Source of the DNA: Callorhinchus milii | Lineage: Eukaryota | Direction: 5' to 3' | DNA length: 64,000 nucleotides | Assembly (NCBI RefSeq): GCF_018977255.1 | Contig: NW_024704743.1 | Span: forward strand, 33,544,001-33,608,000 | In this document: one piece after another, positions 25,140 to 36,708 of the stretch | How positions within the stretch are numbered: position 1 is the stretch's first letter | Layout: each line of letters begins with the position of its first letter | The notes under the pieces: model-generated | Told to the model about the DNA's origin: nothing | Database searches by the model: none | What the model saw: the letters and a program-made list of their open reading frames with translations, nothing else | Program-made: the position numbers and the translations under genes

Positions 25140-26300
25140 CCCCCGGCACACACACAACCAGCCCCCGCCACACACACACAACCAGCCCCGCCACACACAC
25201 AACCAGCCCCCGCCACACACACAACCAGCCCCCCGCCACACACACACACAACCAGCCCCCCCCACACACACACACAACCAGCCCCCCCTACACACACACA
25301 CACAACCAGCCCCCCCTACACACAACGCCCCCCCCACACACACACAACCAGCCCCCGCCACACACACAACCAGCCCCCCGCCACACACAACCGCCCTCGC
25401 TCCACCCACACACAACCGCCCTCGCTCCCCCCACACACAACCAGCCCCCCCCACACACACAACTGCCCCCCCACACACACACACATAACCGCCCCCCACA
25501 CACACCCTCGCTCCCCCCCCTCACAACCCTCGCCCCCCCCCACACACATCCGCTCCCCCCCACACACCACACAACCCCCCCACACCACACACAACCGCCC
25601 CACACACACACACAACCGCCCCCCCACACACACACAACCGCCCCCCCCACACACACACAACCGCCCCCACACACACACACAACCCCCCCCCACACATGCA
25701 CACACACAACCGCCCCCCCCACACGCACACACAACCGCCCCCCACACGCACACACAACCGCCCCCCCACATGCACACACATAACCGCCCCCCACACGCAC
25801 CACATACCCCCCCACACACACACACATAACCGCCCCCCCACACATGCACACACATAACCGCCCCCCCCACACACAACCGCCCCCCCACACATGCACACAC
25901 ATAACCGCCCCCCCACACGCACCACAAACCGCCCCCCCACAGCACACATAACGCCCCCACACCACACGCACACACATAACCGCCCCCCCACACACAACCG
26001 CCCCCCACACACCACACATAACCGCCCCCCCCCCACACATAACCGCCCCACACACACCACACACATCGCCCCCCCACCACATAACCGCCCCCCCACACGC
26101 ACACACATAACCGCCCCCCCACACAAACCGCCCCCCCACACATGCACACACATAACCGCCCCCCCACACGCACACACATAACCGCCCCCCCCACACACGC
26201 ACACATAACCGCCCCCCCACCCACACGCACACACAACCGCCCCCCCTCACACTCACATAACCGCCCCCCCCCACCCACACAACCTCCCCCCCCCCCCGCC
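25140..26300 (+). repeat. C/A-rich minisatellite (CACACACAACC(A)GCCCCCC / CACATAACCGCCCCCC)
   Basis: Tandem units visible directly. The array is G-rich on the minus strand. Confidence 0.95.
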
Positions 26301-26622
26301 CGCCCTTGTCAGTTACAGCAACAACAACAACAACAACAAAAATAACCGAATTAAATTAAAGCACTGAGAGGGTCCGGGGGAGGGGGGGGAGGGGGGGGGG
26401 GGCGGTGAATTAATTGAAGGAGGTTGTGTGTGTTGTGTGTGTGTGTGTGTGAGGGGGTGGAGGTGGGGGTATAGAGACCATAACCCGCTCCAGGAATATT
26501 TTTTTTGGGGGAAAAAAAAGAGAGAAGAGAAGAGAAGAGTTCCGTCAACGACGCGGCAGAAATAAATGCGGGTTTTGCCATTATGATCCCTCTCAGCGGT
26601 GGAGAGATCCAAAATGGGGGGC

Positions 26623-26653
<31 letters not shown>

Positions 26654-27729
26654 TATGCCGAGAGGGAGAGAGAGAGAGAGGGAGAGAGAGATCAGATCCT
26701 GCAGTGAAGGCGGCCAACCAGCCACAGCCATAGCCACAGCCATAGCCATAGCACTGGGGGGGGGAGAGGAGGGGGGAGACACACGCCATCTCTCCCCCCC
26801 CCCCACCACCACCACCAACAACCTCTCCTCCTCTCTCTTAGACAGGGAGGGAGGGGGGAAGAATGCCTAATTTTAAATACCCCCCCAAACCCCCACACCC
26901 CCACACACACACACCGATTAAATAATACCATCCGATGCGGTGTCGGACAGACACAGACTGTCAACCTAAACCGCTCTCTTGTGCGAGAGAGGACACGAAC
27001 CTGAAAGATATGCCTTTTATTTTATTTTCTCCCCCTCTCTCTCTCTCTCTCTCGAAATATAGGCAAAAATACTTAATACATCTCTCTCTCTCTGTGTGTG
27101 TGTGTGTGTGTATGTATTTTTTTTGAGGGGGGGGGGAGAGAGAAAAGGCTCGTTGCATTTGAACACGTTAAACATACAGCCCTGTGCACACACACACACA
27201 CATATATACACACACATCACACCAGCACACAGGGAGAGAGAGGGAGGAAAGAAGAGGAAGGAAGGAAGGACTGCAGTCAGGAACCATAACAAATAAAAAA
27301 AAATGCCTTCCACCAAAACGCCAGGCAAAGCTTCCCACCACAGCAGGAGAGAGAGAGAGAGACACAGAGAGAGGGGGGGAGAGGGAGAGAGAAGGGATAA
27401 AAAGATCTGCTTTACCACCACCACCACACCACCTCTCTTTCTCTCTCTCCCCTTCTCTCTCTCTCCCCTTCTCCCTCTTCTCAACCCCCTCCTCATATAT
27501 ATATATACACACACACACAACACACACACACACCCCTCTCCTCTCCCTCCACTCTTTTAATACACAATCTCTCTCTCTATATATATACACACACACATAC
27601 ACATATACATATATATAAAAAATACACACACACACTCACCCCCTCCCAACCCAAAAAAAAAATTTTTTTTTAAAATGGGAGGGAGGGAGGGGGAAGAAAA
27701 ACTTCTGGGGGGGAAAAAAGGCCACTTAC

Positions 27730-27774
27730 TAATCTTTTATGGATTATATTCCTCTTGGGTCTTTCTCTGGTCAT
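27730..27774 (-). CDS. JARID2: First coding exon of JARID2 (Jumonji, PRC2 accessory factor) or a close paralogue
   Basis: ATG ACC AGA GAA AGA CCC AAG AGG AAT ATA ATC CAT AAA AGA TTA|GTAAGT gives MTRERPKRNIIHKRL, versus human MSKERPKRNIIQKKY (10/15 identical). Same 45-nt phase-0 first exon, with a consensus donor. Confidence 0.92.
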
Positions 27775-27818
27775 CCTGTCGTCCCAGTTTTCTTGACGAA
27801 GAGGAGCGAATTCCACAT
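27771..27818 (-). promoter_or_regulatory. 15-codon uORF (MWNSLLFVKKTGTTG*) whose TGA overlaps the JARID2 ATG (ATGA)
   Basis: uATG at 27818-27816, open to TGA at 27773-27771. Main ATG at 27774-27772. Confidence 0.75.
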
Positions 27819-27934
27819 GAATCTTATCTGGTCGATGTGTGGGTAAAAAAAGCCCTGGGGCTGGTTTGAGTTGCCTGGTGTTGGTGTTGGGAGGAGGAGG
27901 AGGAGGTGGTGTGTGTGTGTGTGGTGTGTTGTAA

Positions 27935-27971
<37 letters not shown>

Positions 27972-28700
27972 GAGATATATTTACAGAGCTCCTTCTCTGG
28001 GGCTTCTCTCGCCTTTGATTGAATCCGAAGTTGGGAGGGGAGAAGGTGGTGGTGGTGGTGGTGGTGTGGGGGAAAAAAATGCATCTAATTCACTTGCAAG
28101 AAAATACTCTCTCTCTCTCTTTTTTTTTGGAGTGGTGGAACAAAAATATTAAAACAAAACAAAAAAGCTCGTCGTCAGCCCAGATACGAGACAGATAGTT
28201 GCTACTCCTGGGAACCCAAACCACCAGCAAGTCGAGAGAGAGAGAGAGAGAGAGAGAAGCCTTTTCTTGTCTTTTTCTTCCTTTCTTTTTTTCTTTCTCT
28301 TTCTTCTTCTTCTTTTTTTCCTCTCTCCCCTTTCTTTCTCGTGTCGTGAAGTTACATCTTGAATCGGGGGGGGGGGAGAACCCACGGGTAGGGTTGGTAG
28401 GTAAGTAGGGAGAGAGACACAGAGAGAGAGGAGAGAGAGAGAGAGAGAGTGGGGAAGGAGAGGGAGAGAGAGAAAAAAAAAATTTTTTTTTAAAAAAAGA
28501 GGGGGGGAAAAAATTTAAAAAAGAGAAGAGACAGAGAGAAGACAGAGAACGAGAGAGAGAGAGAGAGAGAGGGGAGAAAGAGAGAGAGAGAGAGAAAGAA
28601 GGGGATAAAATAATGTAGTCACGTTCCCTGCAACAGAGACAGAGAGTCTCGAACACACACACAACTCAGACTCGCACTACCACCAATCACATCCCTTTAA
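27775..28700 (-). other. JARID2: JARID2 exon 1 5' UTR / TSS region, microsatellite-rich (exact TSS not determinable)
   Basis: Contiguous upstream of the ATG. Short CpG-containing unique blocks alternate with (GA)n, (CA)n and (GGT)n tracts. Confidence 0.55.
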
Positions 28701-29165
28701 CTTTAAATGGCTACGTTAGGACGCCTCCCGGCCGCGCACACTCCACTCCCTCCCTCCCTCCCTCCCTCTCACTCACTCACTCACTCACTGCAGCCCCTGC
28801 TGGATGGTGCAAGAGGAGCAGCACATGCTGTGGTGGGGGGGGGGGGGAGAGGAGGGGTTTTTTTTTTGGAAGGGGGGGGGGGTTGGAGAGTTGGGGTGGG
28901 GGCTAATTGTCATTGCGGAAGAAGCACGGGCGCGTGCTGGGGTTTTTTTTTCTGTTGGGGGGCGGTGGGGGGGGGTTGCGCTGTTGGTGGGATATTGCGT
29001 TTCGCCCCACGGAGGTATACGACGGCGACCACCTTCTTTCACGTCAGGGCGACGTTCCCCAGGCGCTGGACGGTCAGGGCTCCATCCGCGCCCGAGCTGG
29101 TGTTTGGAATCGGGCTGGGGGTGGGTGGGGTGAGGGAGGGGAGGGGAGGGGTAGGAGGGTGACCG
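28670..29165 (-). promoter_or_regulatory. JARID2 main promoter, GC/CpG-rich
   Basis: CpG-rich, with CCAAT (about 28683 on +), YY1-like GCCATTT on -, GA-rich tracts and a TGACGT half-CRE near 29041. Lies directly upstream of exon 1. Confidence 0.65.
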
Positions 29166-29169
29166 AACT

Positions 29170-29497
29170 TGGATTTCAGGTAATGTCTTCTGGCAGTTGT
29201 CGCCCTAAGTCTTAGAGTTTCCTCATCAGCTACTTGATGGATATCTGCCTACAGCGTGGTGGGAGGACCTTTTGTGATTTGCCAGGTTCCCTATGTCCAA
29301 ATCCAATACCAGGTTTACCCAGCACTAGATGATTAATCCAGGTCCTCATGTGAGGAACCGTAAAGCTATGTCCAGGGTGCTCAGCGACAGGTCAGTGTAA
29401 GCCTGACCTCCTTCCTTGCATCCACTTCCCCCTGTTTACCACAAATCCACCTCACTGCCTGGACTCTACAAATGGACTGGAGGAAGCCCCACCACTA
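29170..29497 (-). mobile_element. Probable continuation (post-RT region) of the non-LTR element at 16765-17343, in the opposite orientation
   Basis: Minus-strand translations WWGFLQSICRVQAVRWICG and VPHMRTWINHLVLGKP..., then GTWQ. These resemble motifs that follow the RT thumb in this type of ORF2. Normal-complexity DNA ends abruptly at the right arm. Confidence 0.6.
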
Positions 29498-32400
29498 CTT
29501 CGCCCCACTCCTCTTCGCCCCACTCCTCTTCCCCCCCCCAACACTCACTCCTCCCCCCCACCCCCCAACACCCACTCCTCTTCGCCCCACTCCTCTTCGC
29601 CCCACTCCTCTTCGCCCCACTCCTCTTCGCCCCACTCCTCTTCGCCCCACTCCTCTTCGCCCCACTCCTCTTCGCCCCACTCCTCTTCGCCCCACTCCTC
29701 TTCGCCCACTCCTCTTCGCCCCACTCCTCTTCGCCCCACTCCTCTTCGCCCCACTCCTCTTCGCCCCCCAACACTCACTCCTCTTGCCCCACCTCCCAAC
29801 ACTCATACCTGCCTCCCCCACTCTTCCACCCCCACACGCTCCTCGAAACACACACACACACACACACACACATCAGCCTTGGAAAGAGCATCTGCAAACC
29901 GTGAATGTGAATTATTCAGGGGCCTCTAGGTAATGGAGAGGTGTGGTGGGGGGTGTGAGGTGAGAGGGTGGGGTGGGGTATGAGGGGTCAGTGGGGGCAT
30001 GTGTGAGATGGGAGGGGAGTGAGGTGGGGGGAGACATAGCAGATGTTGGAAGGACTTCTCTTGCCATTGGGGTTGATTGTTTGCGGATCTGCAGTTGGCC
30101 TTTTGACTCGACAGACTCCCCTGTCTGGAAGCGAGAAGGTGACACGACACGTTCACCACAGCCTCACGCTGCCTCTTCATTCTCAACCATCATTCTGCAC
30201 ATTGACCACCACGCACCCAACCCCACACACACGTCCACCCCCACACGTCCGTCCACCCGCCCTGACACCCCCACCCCACACAACACCGCCCCCCCACATT
30301 CCCTGCCAACCCACACTCCCCCCCCCCCCCCCCACATTCCCCGCCAACTCACACTCCCCCCCCACATTCCCCGCCAACCCACACTCCTGCCCTCCCCCCC
30401 CATTCCCTGCCAACCCACACTCCACCACCCACATTCCCGCCAACCCACACTCCCCCCCCCCCCCATTCCCCGCCAACCCACACTCTACCCCCCATTCCCC
30501 GCCAACCCGCACTCCCACCCCATTCCCCGCCAACCCACAGCCCCCCCATTCCTCACCAACCCACACTCTACCCCCCATTCCCCGCCAACCCGCACTCCCA
30601 CCCCATTCCCCGCCAACCCACAGCCCCCCCATTCCCCGCCAACCCGCACCCCCCATTCCCCACCAACCCACCCCCCCCATTCCCCGCCAACCCACAGCCC
30701 CCCGATTCCCCACCCCCCCATTCCCCGCCAACCCGCACCCCCCCCCATTCCCCGCCAACCCGCACCCCCCCATTCCCCGCCAACCCACACCCGCCCCCCC
30801 ATGGGTTTAAAACCGACGGAAGGAGAATGCTTTCCGTGATGATAGTGTTGACAATCATCTTCTCCACAAACACACACACATATAAATAAAAATGAACCAC
30901 CACCACTTTCATCTATCTTTTCCTTTCCTCCCTCCCTCCACTTCTGATTCATTGCAGTGATCAGCATACAAAACTTCTTTTTTGTGCGGTTGGTCGTTTT
31001 CTTTATAGATAAAGAAAATAATTCTACTTTTTTTTTAAGTGTTAAGACATTGCGCCAGCTTTTCTTTTGAAGAACATATATAAGAACAAAAAAGTTGCAT
31101 TTCTGCCTCGAAAATTTAATTTTATTATTGAGACAAAGGAAACCCCGGACTTGTGGTGTGTTTGGGGTGGGGGAGGGAGGGAGGGAGGGAGGAGGAGAGA
31201 ATAAGTGAGAAAGTTTGCAATGGGGAGGGAGGGGGTGGTGTAGAAGAAAATAAAGAGCTGGTTTGGGTGGGGGGGGGAAAAAAGAGGGATGGAGAGCACA
31301 TTTGTGTGGGTTTGGAGGGGGGGGAAGGAAGGTTGTTGCTGCTTTGCAATGGCTTAGCGTGTCTGTGTATCTGTGTAGTGTCTGTGTGTACATACTGTAC
31401 AGTAAAGAGCCGGTTTCCTTGGTGCATTGCTGCCGCCGGCCTCTGTGTGTGTGTGAGAGAGCTCAGGGCTGCCTCTGCTCGGGGGACAGGGACACGAGGC
31501 GCTGAATGGGGCGCAACAGGTCCCCCCCCCCAACCAACCAACCACCGACCGAACCGCGCAGGCGCGCCGAGCCCCCTCTCTGGAACGACGCGGGGGCGTC
31601 GCGTTCCGGGACCCGTCCGTGACGTCGGCGCGGTCCGGAACCTCGGGAGAGCCGGCCTCTGTGACGTCACAATGGCCGTGCGTGGTGGTGGCTGGGGTGT
31701 GCGTGGGGGGAGGGGGTGCGGAAGTGCTGGCGGCTCCCGCCCCTCCCCTCCCCTCCCCTCCCCCCCCCCACTCTCCAGCCACGTGACCCGCTGCACTTTT
31801 AATTCACAAAAATAGCACATGAGAAAAGAAAAGAGACCTGACTTCCTGGGCTGACACTCTCTGGGCATTGCTTTTTTTTGAAAAAAAAGAAAAATCTACC
31901 CCCAAAAAAACCTTGCGCCCAGTTTAAAACTTATTTTTAATTTTTTTTTAAAGAAATATCTTTACGATCTGTGGTCATCCGGAGGTCTGGCAAATGTGGA
32001 AACCTATCACCGTGCTCGAGAGTGTCCAAACCTGCCCGAAGGGTGTGTGTGTGTGTGTGTATATATAAATATAGGTTTCAATCAATGATAATGTCAAGGG
32101 TTTTTCACTGCGTTCCCTGAATGTCCCCATGCACCACAGCGTTAGTCATCATAAGAGCTTTAATTTCCATTCCTTTCTACATTTTTTATTAAAGCCTTTT
32201 TTTAAATAATTTGCGGACATGACGAATGTAACCCTTTGTTAACCCCCTGCAGGGTTTCTGAAATAAATGCAATAGAAGAGTGAGTGTTCATAGTCACAGC
32301 ACTTTTTAAAAAAATAGTGACTCAGAATGTTGCGGTTTGCTCGTGGCCTTAAATTTACATAAACTGCCCTTCTAAGTACAAAATAAAGAGGATAAAGCTT

Positions 32401-35400
32401 GAAAACACTGATTACAGCATTTTTCTGAATTGTGTGCTGTTTATCGGCCATGCATAAAGTATTTATGGCAGAAAAGGGAGTGTTTCGTTTGGAAAACCTA
32501 GGATGGCAGAGGTGGAGAAGACAGAAATGTGTGGGTATGCGTCTCGGTTATCGATACAGTGAAAGTGATAACCTCATAATTAATGCTTGTGTTCCTTTAT
32601 GCCAGGGATTGAAACCTTTAGTTTTATATTTAAAAGCTTGACTAGAAAGTGTTAAAAATGATGTTACTGGATGGGAGAAGGAAGGGAAGCATGTACTCTA
32701 CTTTCAAGGTAAAGTACTCGTCAGTTTTCACCCACATAATAGGAAAGAAGCAATGCCAGCTAGTGACAAAAAAAGGCATTTGGAGACCATTGTAGCAAAT
32801 GGCAAGAAATAAAATGTTCTGTCTGAGCCTCGTGCTCATTCCCAGGAAAAACAAAAGTTATTGGGAGACAATATGATGCAGGAGAAGAGCCTAAAGAAAT
32901 TGACTAAGAGCTCTCAACGTCATTAAGCTCTTTGAGACGTTTGTCTTGCATGAAAGGTATTTTATAAGTGCAATTTGTTTTGCAGAACATCTTACTGCAA
33001 CTCTTAACTGGGCCCTCAATCATATAGGCAGGTTATCTAGTGTCTGGACAGTTGGTTGTAATTAGAAGATGAACAAGACTGAATTTGATTCCATGTCTTT
33101 AAAGTCTCTTGACAACCCATTGAATTACTGTATCTGTTTGTAATATTATCATTTAAAAGAATGTGTCTCTCTGTTTGTAATCTGCAGTTATATAACTTAA
33201 GTTTACTGTTATCTCCATGTATAATTCACTACATATATTTTATTTCGAATAATAAATTGATTCAGACCTCAAATACAATATTTTTCTTTGAGGGGAGGTT
33301 AAGTATGCACTGTGGGAAAAGTGTATGGTTAGTAACAGTGAGGGTTAATTAAAACTTATGATTTTTGGCAGCCTTTACCATTGGGCCCTCATTCAAAAGA
33401 GTAAAAGATGATTTTCCTGTAATAAACTAAATTCAAAGCTGCCACCTGCCATTCAATAAGTGCTTTTGTTGGCCCCAGCAGTTGTTGGGGTATCACACAA
33501 TAGCTGTAGGTATAGAATTGATGCCCAGTGTAATCTAGTCCACCTCTGTGCCACCTGCTCATGAAGTTATGATGCAGAAGTGTACTATTTGCTGTAGTGA
33601 GAACTGATGGATTCTTCATTGCAGACATGCCAGTGTTATCCTCCCTGAGGCATTGTGTGTGAGCTGAAGCTAACATTTATAGAGGTGGAGGGACAACCAG
33701 AATCCAATGGGAGGAGGATTAAAAATAAGTTTTGATTTCTATCTATAATATATAATTCTTGCATTTGATATTGTGCAATATCATGTTGAGATGTCTCAAA
33801 GCGCTTCACAGGATATACTGTAACATGGTGCTACTGTCTTTTGTCGCATATCAATGGCCCACAAACAGCCATGGAGTGAGTGACAAATTTTAGTGTGCAA
33901 TATTGCAAAAACAGTTTCCAATTCATATCCGTAGGGTCCAATGGAATGGGGACCTTGAAGTGAAACTGAAGGATGGAGTAAAATAAATGGGTAGAAATGG
34001 GAAGGGAGGAGTATGTGTATATGAGTGCTAATTTTTTAAAAAGTTTAGTCATTCTTGTAAGCACAGGGGAAACGCATAAAGAGTAGAGGAAATTGTTCCA
34101 TTATTTATTTGTTTTCCTTGCTGTGTCTGCACTCATTCTGTCAAAAAGACAGTTACCTGATTTATACATAGTGTGGAGCAAAAGTAATCAATAATAGTCT
34201 TATTGCTTATTGCACCATACCTAGAAACATTTTCCACTTCAATAATAAAACAATTTAAATGTAAGTATATTTTGCACTGGGGAGAGGAGTCCTGACCACT
34301 TCAGTGTGACTGAGTATGTCATTCCTAACACTTCTCTGGCATTGACTGCTCTACATATTGAAGGTGATATTCCATCACACACTAAGCCTAAAATTCCAAT
34401 ATTATATGCAGTCTCAAATTGGAAGCCGGCTCCTTATAAGAACCCGGCTTTCAAAATTAGACTGAATTTAAGAATTTTCCATAATTCTGTGCAGTGTTAA
34501 ATTTTAAGACAAAATGGTCTGATAGGCGAAGAGTGGTGGAATTTCAGGCCTACCATTAGTTGCATGTTTTGAAAGAGATCCATATGTAACCACTTTTTTT
34601 ATATAAGCTCTATCATACCTGTAACAAAAATGTAGATAAACTTTGCATTCCACAACAAACAGTAACTTACATAAGGTACTAACATGCTGATTTGTGAGGC
34701 AGTGATAATTTTACAACCTTTTTCATTGCTGATTGACACATTCCATCCACTATTGTAGGCTATGCTTATAGCCGCCATGCTTTAAAACTGGAACTTTCTG
34801 CGTTGATCCCTCCATCCTGTCCCCTTCTTATCCATCTTCAGATCGCTTCTAAAGACTTTGTTCTTTGATCATGCCTAGGGTCACCTTTTTCCTCCCCCAC
34901 CCCTCCCCCTTTACCGGCTTGGTGTCGAGCTGTGCCAATGTTAAGTGCTCTGAGGTGCTACCAGTGTGGAGGGTGCTACATAACCGCAAGTTGTTTTTGC
35001 TTCCGCATCACATGCCTAACTCAGGGCATTGAAGCTGCCTGCACAGCCTTGACGTAAGATTTATGAACTCAGCACAGATAGTCTTGGATGAATGCTGAGC
35101 CATTAGATTTTTTTAATTAAATATTTCCACCTTTTTGTGGCTGCTGCAATTTGCACAGTTTACCACCAGGACTGTGAAACTTGGGCTTCTTAAAACTGGT
35201 TTGCTTCAAAACTGCGCAAAGATCTTATTTGACACATTCTCAGAACAGGTCTGAAGCAGAGACGTCTAGGAATGAGACATTTGACTTTCAAAATAGCATT
35301 GTTTGTAACCCAGCAGTATAGCCATTCCAAAGACACGTCAGATTTTACTGCTTTGTGTATTGTGGGTATGATTTGCCTCACACAATAGTGAAATTAAAGG

Positions 35401-36708
35401 CACTTTGTATGGCAGCTTTAAAAGTATATGTGCTTGTGTGTCGCAATAGCACAGTGCTATTGTAAACAGCAAGCCATTAGCAGTGTTCGCTTTGGGAGCC
35501 AGGAAAAATTGTTTTATTTAGAAGTCTTCATTTCTCGCACGTGCTCTCAATTTAAAGTTTATTTTTCTCTCTGAGTCCCTTGTTTCAATTTCCCTGATGT
35601 GGTGAGCCCTCCTCAGTGCTTCCTCAAACTAGAAATGCATATTGCTGCTTTGCTATTGTGGACTCTTAAGGCTTTTAGCAGTGCTGCTGTTTTGTTCCTG
35701 TCTGGCACTATTTTATATGGTGCCTGATTGAGAATTTGGACATTTAAACTCTTAGGCAGCCTTTGAGCAATCCTGCTTTGATGGGGTCTCTTGTCTACGA
35801 TAAAAGAAAAAACGCATTTTTATACTGCTCGATGTCAAAACGTCTCAAAGTGCTTCACAGTTGTAATTGCTCTTAATGTGAGTGACTATTTTTGCCGGCA
35901 AAGGTGACCATCATTTGTGCCAGAAAGGTTGATTAGGTGAATGACCATTTTAATCTGGAGGATTGTAGGACAGGGCACTGAGAGAATCTCCCTCCCTTCC
36001 ATCTTTGTATAGTATTGAGACATTCAAAACATCCACCTGAACCAGGCCGATGACCCCTCAGTTTAGCACCTGATCCAAAAGGTGTCATTCCTGACTAGTG
36101 AATTGTCCGCGGACAACTTTTACTTTACTTTCAAAGGCGCTACCTGGCCTCATCTCCCTAAAAAAGGTGGTCACAATCGAGAGCCAGCGGGAGCAGCTAT
36201 GTTGGGAATCTTGCAACTTTAAAGCGCTGTGTGGTGTATAATGTGAACCGTGCTATTAATTTTCAATCTGGAGATCTGCCCAGTCTGAAATGGTTGTTAA
36301 GACTGAACCTTCTCTTTACAAGAGGAGGAAATCCTGTGGGAGTACTTCGGGTAAAGTCAAAGCTGCAGTACATAACTTGTAGCAGAGAAGATAGCTACAC
36401 TTTTTTTTCCAATTACACAGATGGAATACTTAATGCTGAAACTACTCTCCTCTTCCTTAACCCCCTGCCGCCCCCACCACCCTGCCTTGGCCTCTTCCTT
36501 TTTAACATTGAACTGTGTTCAGTTTATAGATGCGGCACTGTACTATTCTTTTTCTTGCCAGTTTTTTCATCTTTACCGCCTCAGTTGCTACAGCTATTTC
36601 TGTGTGAAATCAGCTAATCTGTAAATGGTGTGAAAAGTACAGGGTCTGACTCAGCTGAAGCAGTGTCACTGAAAACTGCCTCCTGAAAGGTTCTGATGTT
36701 TTATTTTT
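29498..36708. repeat. Right arm of 7.2-kb inverted duplication
   Basis: Reverse complement of 17369-24560. Continues without a break into unique sequence after 36708. Confidence 0.98.
31400..31870 (+). promoter_or_regulatory. Intronic CpG island / candidate alternative promoter (right-arm copy)
   Basis: CRE palindrome at 31660-31671, ETS CGGAAGTG at 31719-31726, GC box, E-box CACGTG at 31780-31785 and ETS ACTTCCTG at 31841. Confidence 0.7.

Noticed and set aside
22268..31868. Many long ORFs (up to 457 aa) rich in G/V/C/W or P/H/T
   Set aside because: They are translations of stop-poor minisatellites and microsatellites, open in several frames on both strands, with no domain content.
17369..36708. 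Giant DNA transposon or foldback element with 7-kb TIRs
   Set aside because: The arms consist of ordinary intronic DNA with old SINE and L2 copies. There is no TSD or transposase, and one end coincides with an assembly gap.
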